In this document: piece after piece, positions 48,327-61,435 of the stretch | Layout: each line of letters begins with the position of its first letter | Position numbering within the stretch: the first letter of the stretch is position 1 | DNA from: Basidiobolus meristosporus CBS 931.73 | Lineage: Eukaryota > Fungi > Basidiobolomycota | DNA length: 64,000 bases | Direction of reading: 5' to 3' | NCBI GenBank assembly: GCA_002104905.1 | Contig: MCFE01000461.1 | Location: 1 to 64,000 of the forward strand | The notes under the pieces: generated by a model | Seen by the model: only the letters and a program-made list of their open reading frames with translations | Told to the model about the DNA's origin: nothing | Database searches by the model: none | Position numbers and translations under genes: made by a program

Positions 48327-51300
48327 CTATTGTGCGAGCTCTTCGCAGTAGGTCGCCGGAACTAGCCCAACGCGGCCATCGACTTGCGCCCTCCACCAAT
48401 CTTCATCTATAATCTCCACCACGTCTATCACGGCATCGGCACTGACGGATAGCTCGTCATCCTGCTGGGCCTGATAATCATACAGGACTCTGGCCAGAAA
48501 AGTGGATTGGTCGGCGAGGTGCTCTGGGGCATTGGACTCCTGCTCGACATAGCTCTTCGGGAACCATCCCTTAGCGCCGTTGCTCTCCAGCCTTCCGTAC
48601 CACCAATCGCTTTCGTCGCTGGCCTGGGACACCTCGATGTACTCGTTCTCACGGAAGCCCAAATCATCCGGGCCTTCTGTCTGATACTCATAGAGCGTTC
48701 TAGCTCGGAAGAGGACCTCTTCGACGTCGCCACTAGGAGGCTGCTCTGATTGGTTGATTGGTGCTTGTGATGGAGCGTTGGATTCTGATGGGGCATTGAA
48801 TTCGTTACCAAACGTAGTCGAGACCGTGTCTTTTTCGGTTGGCTGGAAGGCATCGCCAAAGGCCTCGTCAAATTTGCTGGTGGGCGTGGGTTGTGGGGGC
48901 GCTGGGATGCTGCTGGAGGAAAAGAGGGACGATGCCAATCGTTTGGCATTTCCAGGTGCTGGGAAATCCGAGTCGCTTGGGGAGTTCGGCTCTTTCTCTA
49001 CGACGTCCCACTCATCATCTTTGGGGCTATGAGGTGGCTCTGGAAGCTTGGGTGGTTCCGCCTGCTGCTTGTTGAAAGGGGACGCCGCTGGCTTGTTGGC
49101 GAATGAAAGAAAGGCAGGGGTTTTGGATTTCGAGCTCTGCCCACTTCCACTGGCGTGTTGGGCGAGGTCACGAGCACCTGAATTAGGTTGCTCATATCTT
49201 TCCTGCTCCTTCAGATCAGAGGTGGCACTTGCAACCTCATCTTTCACGGGAAGGGTTGGGGATCTGGTTTTCCCAATGTTCGAGACTGGGAACGGATTGT
49301 TTGGCTTGGGAATAAATGAAGGAATGGTTGACTTGGGCACCTGGGAGCCACCGAATGGGGCTTTTGTTTGTGAGGTCTTAGAGAAGCTGGTCTTTTCATC
49401 CAGCTTAGCCTTCTCAATTCGCTCGCGGACACTCGTCGCTTGCTCGGCCTCATCCTCATCATCACTGCTCTTTACAGCCGGTGGATTGAAGGTGGGTGAT
49501 GGTTTGGTGTTCTCTGTGTTGGTTTTGGGGAAGGGATTTTTGGATTTAGTGAGAAAGGAAGGGACGGTTGATTTAACGGGCTTTGTGCTAGCTTCGGAGG
49601 GGGTGGCTTTGTTTAGCCAAAGCGTTTTGTATCCTCCAAGAGAGGTGTTGGTTGGGGCTGGTGGGGGAGGTGGTGGTGGTGGCACACTGTTGCTGCTGCT
49701 GCTTGGCGAGGTATCCTTAGCGGAACTTTGGTAATTCCGGTCGTTTATCGTCGAAAATTCCTTCGCTTTTTGCAGAACGGACTTTTCGTGCCCGCTAGAT
49801 GTGCTTTCAGTGATCGGTTTGGTGACACTTTCTGGGCTCTCGGGCTTGTGCTCTTTCGTTCGTTGCAGCTGCGATTGGAAAAACGACTGTCTTTCTTTTA
49901 GCCTACGCTCAGCTTCTTCTTTAATAATGCGGTCCTTCTCCTCTTTCGATTTGGCTGTGGCTACCAAGCTAGGCTTGAAGGTTGCGCTGGAGATCTTGGA
50001 GGGAATACTGCTGATGGAGTGGGAGCTGGTAGAGGAAAGGAAAGACGGCTTCGACTGTGGGGCTGAGGAGGCTCTCGCAGAAGAGAACCTCTTTTCGCGA
50101 TCCTTCAGCTCATCCAGGAACTTCTTGGTTTCCAAATCAAGGCCAAGTCGTGAATCCCACTTCTTACGCTCTCTCTCATATTCGACCTGAGAGCTTCGAG
50201 GAGACGAACGTCCGGCCGATACGGTTTCCCGGCGGAGGATTTCTTGGATTTCTTTCTGCAGTTGCTGGATGGAGTTTTCTACCTCCTTAATGAGCTGGCG
50301 ATTCTGCTGTTTTTCCTTGTTGACCCTCTCGGCTTCAGCGTCCAAGCGTTTCTTTGCTTCCAGAGCGGCTGGGTCGTTACTGGCCCCACTAGATTTGGTC
50401 AATGCCTGCATTCTTTGCGCCAGCATTTCAGCGGCTTTCTGTTTCAACTTATCAGCCTCCGATAAATTCTCACTGGAACCAGCTGCTTTGAATGGGAACA
50501 GGTTGGCGAGGTTGGTCTTCGGCGCAGCGACTTTGTGTAGTTTCGCATCGGAAAGTTTAAACAACTCAAGCTTGATATCTGCCAGCTTGTCGTCCAAATC
50601 GTAGGCATTCTTGGTTAGTCTTGTAAGCTCCTTAGTTAATTCATTGAATTCGGATTCCAGTCTCTTGCGCTCCGCCTGTTGATTTTCGGAATCGATGTCC
50701 ATCTTGCCTCGGAGTGGCTCGTCAGCCGGTACGGAAATTTCGTTGATGGAGTCCTGAAGGTGTTGGATTTTAACCTTGAGATCGGTTAGATCTACTTCAT
50801 TTTGAGAGGAGAAAGTGGCTGCTTTGCTAGATTTGGATAGAATGGTGTCCAACTCGGCTTGCTTCTCCTTAATTTGCTTGCGAAGAGAGTCGAGCTTTAC
50901 TAGACGGTCGCTGTAGCTGATGCTGGGCGAGGAAGGCTTGGGGGAGCTTCCAGGCTTTCTGCGATTGCCTGAGACGTAGCCGCCATCCTCGTCTCGAGAA
51001 TGTGGCTTCTTCTCCGCATAGAGGCCGGAAGATTCCGAATCAAAGTCCATCTTAGGAAAGCTTGGAGCCGGACTTGAGAAAGTGGAATTTTTTTTGTACG
51101 AAGAGGTGGTTCGCAACATTTGCTTAAGGCTGGACACGCTGTCCGATAGATCCTTCGTTGAAGGCGGAACAAGGTTGGCAGGTAGCGATTTTGGAATCTC
51201 CTGGCCGGCTAGCTTGGCGTAAATCAAGTGCATGGCAACGGCAAACTCATCGGAATTCAATTTCCCTTGGTTGTGGACATCTGCCAATCCCCAGATTTGG

Positions 51301-52223
51301 GCCAGCTCGGATTTGTTTAGACCAGACTCGGTGAACACTTGTCTGGCTCTTTCACCAGACAGAAAACCAGTGTGTGCGTTGTCGAGGGACTTGAAGATTT
51401 GATCGAATTGGGCTTTCTCTTCGGGGGTCACCGCCCACTGTGCCTTGGCTGAGTTGGGGCTTTGGTAGCCACTGTACTGGGAGGGCGTATTTCTTGGGTC
51501 CATCGAGCCGCTTAATGGTGTAGTGACTCCGGGAATGCTAGGCCCTGATTGGTGGTAATTGGAGTAGGTTGGATTGGAGGCGCCGATGTTTGGAGTGCCT
51601 AGATTAGGCGTTCCTACGTTAGGCACGGCACCTGGTTGCATGGCGGTGATAATCTCTTGACGTATGTTGTTTGGAAGCTGGTTAGGGACAATTTGTCCAG
51701 TCAGCTTCATGTTAATCAAGTACATAGCCAGGGCAAATTCAGGGAATGTGAGCGATCCAGTGGCGTTAATATCGGCCATAGACCTACACGAAGGAAAGTG
51801 TGAGCAGAGGATTCAAGGGGTCGGGGGTGGACGCGAGTTCGTACCAGATCTGGGCAAGGATCTCCGAATCAAGCTTCGAACGCAGGAAGATGTCTCTTGC
51901 CGCCTCACCTACAAATTAGGGATTAAGTGCGTAAGTACAAGGTCAGTCTAGGGGGTTTCCGAAGGCGACTTGAACCTGTGAGTTGCTGGTTGAAGCCGGA
52001 AACGTTCTGGCTGAATAACTGCTCAAACTTTGCTTGCTCAGTAGGGTTCAGAAAGGAAAGTTTTGCTACAAGGAAAATCGAGGGAATGAGCACCACGCTC
52101 GGCCGATCAAAGTTTTGACACATTCTTACGCAAATGAGTGTTCATGGGTCCAGACGTGAGTTGAAGCTGATTGAGACCTCCCATGGGAAGACCGCTTCCA
52201 TAATTGCCTCCGTTGTTGTACAT
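48327..52223 (-). CDS. PAN1: Pan1/intersectin-like endocytic scaffold: 2 EH domains, coiled coil, Pro-rich region, acidic-Trp motif, 2 C-terminal SH3 domains
   Basis: KLSFLNPTEQAKFEQLF; EH motifs LAQIW...LTFPEFALAMYL and LAQIWGLADVHNQGKLNSDEFAVAMHL; PPPPPPPAP; DDEWDVVE; SH3 ARTLYEY...DWWYG...GWFPKSYV and ARVLYDY...DWWRA...GLVPATYC. The 5' exons were rebuilt across GT-AG introns. Confidence 0.88.
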
Positions 52224-53698
52224 TTGATCTCTGAATCTTGGAGATGGGAAACGAGGATAGATGAGTGACGGTGATGATAGGTATCCCAGTAACTCTCGAC
52301 AGCTGGATAAGTGAAGTGCGTTTAAGAAAGGGAATAGCAAGAATACCAAGGGTTGAGATACCCAAAGTTTTGCGAGAAGCTGAGGTAAGGTTCAATGGCT
52401 GATTCCCGAAACGATATCAGCATCTCTAGATCTCTGGTTTCCAATAAGATAAAGCGATTTGGGAACAAGATATACCGGAATAGAATCCCATATCATTCAT
52501 CTATACTTAATAGGATAGAAGATTCTCTGCTCAATATTTCGAAATATTCCACTGTCTTGATAGGTATCCGAAACGACTGGTGTAGACCTCGCGGTCAGGA
52601 AAAAGCCCACATTCCCTCGGGATTGCATCTTTGGCTCTTGGTGGGGTTATAATCCTCAACGATCAGCTTGACCCTGTTGGCGAAGCGCAAAGATTTTAGC
52701 CCTGGCTGAACAGAGGCCGCTCATATGCCACCCAAATACAGGCTCTAAAATCTTACGTGTCCTCTCTACCTGTTTACAAGTCTCCCTAACATAATGGGCA
52801 TATATGGCAAAGTACCACAGAATTCACGTCACCAGCTTGGCACAAGAAGCGAGCAGTAGAAGCTGTCATTTTAAGAAACTGGCTTCATTTCAGGTGGTTT
52901 CCCGTGGCACGCTTCGATCAACTCGTTTGGTGGGACTTGGGGGGTTCAAGTTCAAGACTTCTTTGCTCAGCAACCCTGGGGCATTGGGAGAGGATCAACA
53001 AAATGCAATTCGGGGGCGGGGTATCTGGTGGTGATATGAGGGTTTGAAGTAATGATCTACAGTCAAGCAATTGGCCGTAGCTGCCGCTCAGATTAGGCGA
53101 ATTCGACGTGGAACAATAGTGACTAATACCACCGATAGCCATGGGAACTCCGCTACTGCACTTAAGATTAGAAGGGTGCCATCAAGGTTAAAGTAGGGAA
53201 TTCTTTGTGGAGAGCCACCATCCAAAGCTTGATCCAAAACATTCCTAATTAGGCGCCAGCCGCTCATCGATGACGATTCTTGTCGTTAGAGTTTCATGCT
53301 AAATAAATCACTCTCCTTATGGGCGATCGGTTGCCAAATATACTTGAGGTGGCCACTTGACAGAAATTACGCTTCTTTATTCAAGAGCCGCAACTGCATC
53401 CAACCCTCGATGTGTAGGGATTAGCTCGGAGTGATTTATTGGATGGCAAATCAGGCAAATCAATATGAAACATCCTATTACATTAACGGTCCGATCCTCT
53501 CAGAAGCGGTTGGCTTTGGCTAGAACCTCCAAATGTTGTACCAACTGTGATCGCAATGATACTTGAGCGGTCTGACAAATACTGCAGATGCAAACAGATA
53601 TAAATAGCGAACGCTCACCAGGTTCCCGTCAATCACTCATATGCTTCTGCTTACTTGGGGTTGAGCAGTAAATCCTCTGATAGCTGGAAATAGATACT

Positions 53699-54600
53699 AT
53701 GTCAGCCTCTTCAGCACATCTGGTCGACTTCGAAAGCCAATTCCGACTCTTCGTGGTGGCGATCTCCCTCCCTATAGCGTGTCGAGATGTCTATAGGTCT
53801 GTCAAAATAGTGATTCATGACGACCCAGTCATCTACAAACTCAACCTTCTGCAGACGTTCCTGCTTCTTGTCAATACGGTGGCCAGTATCCCCTCCTTCT
53901 TTGGCCAAAGCATCAATTGCACCGTTTTGAGTATCGCCAACTTCGTGCTGCACTATTTCTCACTGCTCACCATGAATGTAATCCTCTATCTGGAGGCGTA
54001 CTATTCTTCCACCCGGACCAGGTTTGTTGCCTGCGTATGTGCCCTGATCCTAGCTGCGCAAACGATCTGCCTCGCCCTTGCGCTTCAGGGCGGGCTGTTC
54101 ACGACCTCGCCCTATGGGGGATGTAAAGTTATCCTCACGAACAACTGGAACATTGGAATGTCCGTAGCAACCTCCATCCTCATAGTCTTCCTGATAGGCG
54201 TGTTTATCATGAATCTGCACCAACTGCCCGACATGGATCGCAACCAAGCCTATCGGGTCATGATCCGTCATAGCGTCATCTTTGGCATAGTTATATATGT
54301 GTTTGACATTCTATTCCTCGTCCTTGAGGTGCTTGGGCTGCTGGATCCAGGCATTACTCTGGCCTTGAACTGTAGGTGCCCAGCATTCTCTATCACCTTT
54401 CCGAAGGCTAACGAGTAATCTTATATTTAGGGCTTATTAAATCCAGGCTAATGACAGTCATGATGGCAACTGCCTATCGACGCCGAAAATCCCATCGGAA
54501 GATATCCCTTGGGGCAGCCGAGTCCGCAACCGAGCTGGAAACCAAGATCAGCTATGGAGATTGTCAGTCTAGCGACAAGGATCTTTGTCGGATGACATGA
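53699..54600 (+). CDS. Seven-transmembrane, GPCR-like membrane protein (280 aa; exons 53699-54371 and 54431-54600)
   Basis: Seven hydrophobic segments; Cys at the top of TM3 (NCTVL) and in loop 2 (GGCKV). Phase-1 intron gives LALN|WLIKSRLMT and a basic, Ser-rich tail. Confidence 0.72.
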
Positions 54601-56022
54601 GGCCAGCACCAATCCTTCATGCCAAGTGATCTGTTTCGTAGAGCCTATATTGTTGTATGTAAATAAAGTCCAACCTTCCCTGGATGCAGTTGCACCACAA
54701 CATTCCTCGGTAGTATTGCTTAATGTGGAGCCTGTGGTTCGCATACGGAGTCAACGCGCTTGAGAGGCCCCCTCCTGACGGTATACTAGAGATGTTGCTG
54801 GCTTGCCAGTTGGGAGCTGATGAAACCCCAGGAGGCCCCTTCTGGCTCGGCGCTTAATCGACATACCAAAATTAGATCCACAACCAACCCACGCCATGAT
54901 AACCCGTGACTCCTTGGTCATAATTGGAGCGGCAACAGGCGAGGAAATCCCTTTCGGCAATTAATCACTTCTGGCTATCATCCTGCTTCTTGCGACACCG
55001 AATTGGCAGGTGGGATCAGCTCCGTGCTTATGGGGATTTTGGAGCCCTGATCAGATCATACCTCCGCGGATTCTTTGCATTTGGACGCATGCTAGAAAAC
55101 AACTGGTGTGACCACATATCGCGCGGCCTATGTGGCTCCTTCGACACGCTCCATATGAGGCTAGATCACCAGCAGCTCTGATGAAAGTCCAGAAGACCCT
55201 CAGATATTTTGGGTAGTTTAGTGCTAAGCCTGGGGCGTTGTGACTGAACAGATGCAGAAAGTACGGTTGCAAGCCGGCGACTTGTGTGTCACCCCAATGT
55301 AGATCATTGTCCAATGGGTTGCATTATGCTAACTGCTTATCTTCGGGCTCTCATTGGTAGCTGCCGCAAGAACTAATTAAGCACCGGTTTGTCGTATCTG
55401 CCTTTCGGAGTCGGTGTGTGGGGTGGCGAAACATTGCCTTTTGATGCTCCAGGCTTCAGCCGATCCTTCGATCGTTAGTCGTCTAACTGGCCGGTAAGCA
55501 GTACATGATTCTGTCGTGACTGTGATTTGCCAATAGCGCTTTGATGTGAGGTTTCCGTTGCCGGATGCCGACATTCCCAGAACCATGCCCAATCCTGTCG
55601 ATTGCATATTTATCAAATCGCCACTCATGCCCCTGAGGGCCCTCCGACAGTCATGCTACTTGACATTGGTGCCTACGACCCCAGTCAATTTTCGAGGCAG
55701 CAACAGTACAAAGCCCTCCGTGCCTCCAGTCTATCGCCCAGTTTGAAACATGCATTCATCCATTTGGTTTGTTTATTTCGCATCCAGAGAAACTTGGGTC
55801 CCTGATGAAGTCAACAAAGTATGCAACCAAGAATTAGATGCCGGTCGGCAAAGGTGCTATATAATTACAGTGAAAATTGAGGCCTGATGGATCGGATTGC
55901 CACCGATACCATTGTCAATTAGTTTGGTGTGCATGCATGGTAACCAGATGCATTGATGTGAATGAGTTTTGCTTATCAGATGAGCAGCGTCAGTATGTGG
56001 AGCTCTTGATGGCTCTGGGGGA

Positions 56023-56691
56023 TCATTTGCTGTACAAGTCGAAGTATGGGCATGATAGTTTCCAGCCCCAGTCAGATGTTCGCGAGGGCTTCAATGGAGG
56101 GAAGTCCTCGATCCGGACATATTTTCCACAGAAGTCCCACTTCAGTTGTCCGGTGTTTTCTGAATAATAGGTGTAATCTTCATTGAAACTAACGTCGATT
56201 GGGTCGCATTTCTGAATCCTGCCAACTTCCAAAACCCACTCACCACACACTTCCTCGATAGATATGTCACATCGACGACTATCGGTTTGGGCAAAGGCAT
56301 AATTGGCCTTCCATTTAGACCTGAAATTGGCAACCGCTTTCGTTAGGGATGGAGTGGTGCGTTGGACTATCTCGACTAGTTCGGCTGTGCTCTCAGATCG
56401 GAACTCCTGCTTTCGAAGCTCAAGGATCGTCAGGAGTTCGTCAGCTGTGAGTCGATATGCGCAGTCCCCAGAGTAGTCTGCGCGAGGTTGGAGAGTCGGG
56501 GCAACGCCTTTCTTATTGCTCCACGAGCGTTGGCACAGCTCTTGCCAAATGGACTCCTGATTGCAAATTAATCTCCAGGAACGGGAAACCAGAGAGGCCT
56601 GGCAAATATCCGCCGCATCCAGCCAGGAGAAAATCCGGGTCACAATTTCAATGGGGAATGCTGTGATAGGGTCCATGATACTTAATGGCAT
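56023..56691 (-). CDS. F-box protein
   Basis: FPIEIVTRIFSWLDAADICQASLVSRSWRLICNQESIWQELC; C-terminal YVRIEDFPPLKPSRTSDWGW. Confidence 0.9.
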   Translation of the reverse strand: MPLSIMDPITAFPIEIVTRIFSWLDAADICQASLVSRSWRLICNQESIWQELCQRSWSNKKGVAPTLQPRADYSGDCAYRLTADELLTILELRKQEFRSESTAELVEIVQRTTPSLTKAVANFRSKWKANYAFAQTDSRRCDISIEEVCGEWVLEVGRIQKCDPIDVSFNEDYTYYSENTGQLKWDFCGKYVRIEDFPPLKPSRTSDWGWKLSCPYFDLYSK

Positions 56692-58424
56692 ATCGGTTCA
56701 GGCTTGATTATACAATAAACAAGATGGGTGCTAGGTGGGTGCGATCAGTAGGGTTGCAGGCCGATCTCGAGACTATTTATACACGTCGAAGGAAAAGATG
56801 GCCCCTGTCAGCCCCTACCATGGACGAAACGATTGCTACATTGGTATATTGCTATATTGAATTGATTCGAGGTGATTTGGTGCAGATGAGATCATTGGCT
56901 TTTGTTACGATAGACACCCAGAATCAATTTTAATATAGCTCGAAATCGAATCTATCCAATTATTGGTTTATGAATGATCTACATTCCGGAAATGTCTGCA
57001 CACTGACTGGTTTTGGGACTTGCTGGTGGTGGGCAGCCTTGGATTTGCGATTCGAATATTCAGATCCCTTGCCTGTTCCGGAATCACAACTGAAAACTGC
57101 TCAGAAACAAAGTGAATCGCCAGGCTGGCTACGATGCGTCCAAGCCATTCGATTCAGTCCATGCTGGAGTAATCAGGATCCAAATGCTAATCAAATTATC
57201 CTCATCTAATTGCTTTCCTGTCATCTACAGCCTGGGATCAGGCGGCTATACCGTTGTGCCATTAGTGCACCAGATGAGATCCAGCCGTCTGCGGTTGACA
57301 TGGCATTATTGGGCAGGTTTGGCCGTAATTTGTAATACAGTTGTTAGTTGGTTGCTACGTATTCCATCCAGGGTCTTCCGCCTTATTCAGTGGTCAAAAA
57401 ATCTCGGAAATACCAGTCACAGGGAAATCAAATGACAACAACCTTCCAATTGTAAGTGTCTCCGCCTCGTTTTGCAGTTTAGGGTAAATGTTCTCCTCAC
57501 ATCCTATTCTGCCGTACTCCCCGCGGCGCTGGCCTGATGCGTTGCCAACCCCATGTAATATAAGCCATCTCAGTGGCCATCTGGTGTCCCCTGTCAAGGG
57601 ACACATCACTCCACAAAAACGAGGGTTGGGCAGACACAGCCGTCGCCTACAGCAGGCTTGCGATTAGGTCAACGAAACATCATCAGGGAAAAGCTGTTCT
57701 TGACAACACAGTTTCGAGCAGTGGCGCACTGTTAAAAACCAGTTGGCTTCACACACATTCCGGCCATTTTCACTGGTTGCGTCCTTGAAGTTACATAGTT
57801 TGAGATCCTTTATTTACTCTTTCAGACATGGATTCTCATCCTCCTTCAACTGTTTCGCTAGCTGGTACGTGTAGTGAATATTGTGGTCCTTGTGTCTTGA
57901 AAGAGATACTGCTCAGTAAACAGCCGCTTTGCGGTCGCTTGGATCCGCCTTCGAACCGGTGTCGGAGAAGCTGCATCTATGGGCAGCGAAACCCCCGAGT
58001 GCTAATTCTACTTGATGTGGAGGCAGATGACCTGGATTTGAGAGTAGGTCTAATCAAAACATTCAGCGAAGAGGCGGAGATTTCCCACTCGTCCTTTAGA
58101 TAGGTGACTGTCTAGGTGAATGCAAGTGGACAATATACATCGGAAGATCTTCTATTTTCCAAAAATTACAGAGAAAAGCTGAAGGAGTGCTGGGAGTGAT
58201 TATGAAACCGCATGGTGGAGCTGGATACTGCTAAGGATTGATCAGGTTGATTTTTTACGTAGCATGATTTTAATGTTACTTTCTAAAGAACGGGAATTAC
58301 CAAGTGGGAGAATATGAGGTATTTTAAAGAGTCGATATGAAAAGATATTATATATGTATACCACTGAAATGAGTAGTCGGGCATTGTACTAGGCATGACT
58401 CATCTATGGATCTCCACGATTCGC

Positions 58425-61400
58425 CTAAAATGGTCGATTTCCTACATTCCGCATGCGATAGCCGCTATGTGGGTTGCTATCGAAGCCCTCATCTTCTCCT
58501 AACTGCGAATCCCCATCATAATATGAACTACCCAAGCTTTCGGCATCATTTGCCATCAGGCCCTTTAGCGAATCACGATCATCCCCGGTGATTACACTGT
58601 GGGTAAGATGTGTTGGTGTCAAATCCTTCATTCGTCGGCGTTCTTTACGTTTCATGGAGCGGATATGCCGCCGTTCATAATCTTCCCATCTTCTTAAAGT
58701 GACTTTTGATGAGTCAAAAATGCCTTCCTTTTTGCCGTGATCGTCTGCTTTACTTTCCCCGTCGACTCGTCTGTTATTGTGTAGAGGGTTAGTCTTTTCT
58801 TCGGGTGTGGCCTTCGAAATACACATACCTTGTTTCCCCCCAGGAAAAATCATCGAAATGCCAATATGCATACACCGGCAAAACAAAGTTCCATATAGGA
58901 AGTGCTACCAAATATATCAACATCCAAGTGATATAAATGAGCTTTCTCGTAGTTAGCAGAATCAGAACTGCTGGTAAGAACAAGATAAGTAGCAAGAGTA
59001 TTAGCGGAAAATAGCTCGCAGCATCGACGAATTCGGTTTGTGCAAGACTTCCAATCAGCACAAAAGTCATTATAATGGCCACTGGGAGAGATACTGTTCC
59101 GATAAGCTCCATGACCACGACGAACTGCATCGAAAAGCAGAACGTTCCACATAGATTGCGCACTAGCGATAATTCCAGCAGATTGTGGATTGTAGAGTTA
59201 ATCCACCGACGGCGTTGCGAAAGCAATATCTTAAACTCGTCTGGAACAACCGTTTTACATACAGCTTGTGGCACGAACATCATCTTGCGGTTTGGGAAAT
59301 TTCGCAACATTAGCGTGGTCAAAAACCGATCTTCGCCCAAGAGTAGCAGATTCTTCTGATGGAGTGTCTCGACTACATTCTGCGAATACTCTTGAACAAT
59401 CTCCGGCTTCGTGATAATTGGAACCCAATCATTGTCTCCTTTTCTAGCTTTCAAGCGATACATACAGAAGCAGCCAGGAAGGCAAGTGACACCACCAAAT
59501 ACCGACTCGAAGCCCTTTCCAAGATGATGGGATATGTAGTACTCGAACACTTGGATGGCAGTCACCCATGAATCTCGCTTATTTGCAATTCTAGTCTCTC
59601 CGCATAGACCCATGATAAGCGGATCGTTCTGTACACAGTTGATCAGAAGGCGCAAGGAATCTGGATAAACCTTGGTATCAGCGTCTACCATAAGGACGAT
59701 CTCAAAGTAGTCTGGGGTGACGTTCATAAGGTGATGGATCTTTTTGAAAAGGTCATAATCCAATGGAGTCATCCGATCGTTATAGGTAACCCGACTGAAG
59801 AAGTTCATCAAGATGATTTGAGAATCACGTTTACCTCGATTCCCTGGTTTAGGAGCGCTCTGCTCCTCGGGTGTGCCGCACTTGACAACCACTATAGTTG
59901 GTACTCGATGCCCTTTATGGTTGAAATGCCCGGCATACACTTTCGCCATATTGTGTTGTTTTGCTCCGGCAGCAACTGCGATGTAGCTCATCGGTTCGGG
60001 GTTTTCAAATGCAGGATCGATTTCTAGGAGATCCACACATATATCCGGCGTGCTTCGATCATTGCCGCTCCCAGTTATAATACCGTCGGCTACAATGAAC
60101 AGTAATTTGTGGTCGTCGCCATATTCCGTTGAAGCCAGACTCTCGATTGTACAGCGGATCGAGCTCTCACCCTCCGAGTAGCATGTGACCAATAGAACGG
60201 TGAACAGTTCACTGGAGTTCAGATTAACGTTGACTCCTGGCAAACTGGAGTTGCTCGCTCCGAAGCTACTCATGCTGGCGTTTTGATGAATTGCCCAAGG
60301 AGAGGAGCGAGAAACCACGATTGGCTGGGTTTTGCTTTTCGGAGGAGGTCTTGCCAGTTTGAATGAGATCAACCAGTCGAACACCACGGCCATAAGAAAC
60401 CTACTCAGCACTATTCCAAGAATGACAATCATGGAAATAATGAAGAACAGCTTGACCCCAAAGCACCCTGTAGTCGCCTTGCTCAAATGCCCAGCCTTGT
60501 ATTTATTTTGGAGGCATGGTATAGAGCTCTTGAGGAGTGGTTGGCGTAGGAAGATCCGCGTAGCATCGATGATCTTGTTGTTGATTGCCTCACGGATCGC
60601 TGCATCCACAACATCGTTTGGGATCGGATTGGGGTTCGCCTGAATGTATGGATTCAAGTTCAAAACCAGCCCATCAATGACCAAGTATCTTGCCGTCAGG
60701 TCATTCCAGTCGTATCCAACAGATTTTTTAAGATTTATGAGCCCATATTTAGCTTGGGCGCTCTCAATCGGCTCCAGGGGGCATAGCTTGGCTCCATTTG
60801 GTGGATTGCAAGGGCTTTGGTTGATAGCTGCGAAGCCCTGCAAGCTTGGGATTTGACACTCTTTGAATGCCCCATCATGTTGGAACAGATTGGTCTGGTC
60901 GGAGGAGAAGGGTGCCTTCAATAGCTCCGACGGAGTGTTTTGGGATTTTGCAGAGCTCCACATTGTACCGCTTATACCAAAGGTTCCTTTCAAATACGAC
61001 GGAATAGAATGAGTTTCGCTGAACATGTGGATATGTGGTATTACCAAAGAGTGAGTAATAAAACATACCAGGACTATTGGAACCGACTGATATGTAATTC
61101 TTGGAGTCAACTAAGCTAGATTGTGGACAAAAAACGTACGGCAGGCCCAGAGTCAGAAAGACTACTATGGTACATATAAATGCAATCACAATACATAAAG
61201 CAACCTTCTCTCTCCAGGCTTGTCGAACTGCTTTATCCCCAAGACCAAACTTGCTTATTATAAAGCTTGGGGCCCAAAATGTGATTATCTTTGAGAATAA
61301 GACCCATGCATCAAACGGTCTCCGGTTGTCTTTGCCACTGAGCATTGGTGCAGGCGCCTGATTCCTGTCCGGTCTGTTCAATGTACGACCCCGTCGGAGG

Positions 61401-61435
61401 GTGGTTTCCCTCTGCATGTTCCTGTTGTCCGGCAT
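58425..61435 (-). CDS. CHS3: Class IV chitin synthase (Chs3-like, no myosin domain); 3 exons
   Basis: [11 protein letters not shown]; TCYSEG; NRGKRDSQ; DADT; TCLPGCF; LLLGEDRFL; [10 protein letters not shown]; [12 protein letters not shown]|RVDGE. Introns near 61070-60990 and 58830-58775. Confidence 0.95.

Noticed and set aside
48428-51172. Many 60-230 aa ORFs overlapping the Pan1-like gene, and similar ones over creA, ZIP, Rab and chitin synthase
   Set aside because: These are antisense or alternate-frame shadows of real coding sequence.
54700-55850. Short ORFs between the 7TM and F-box genes
   Set aside because: No coherent exon chain or recognisable domain on either strand.
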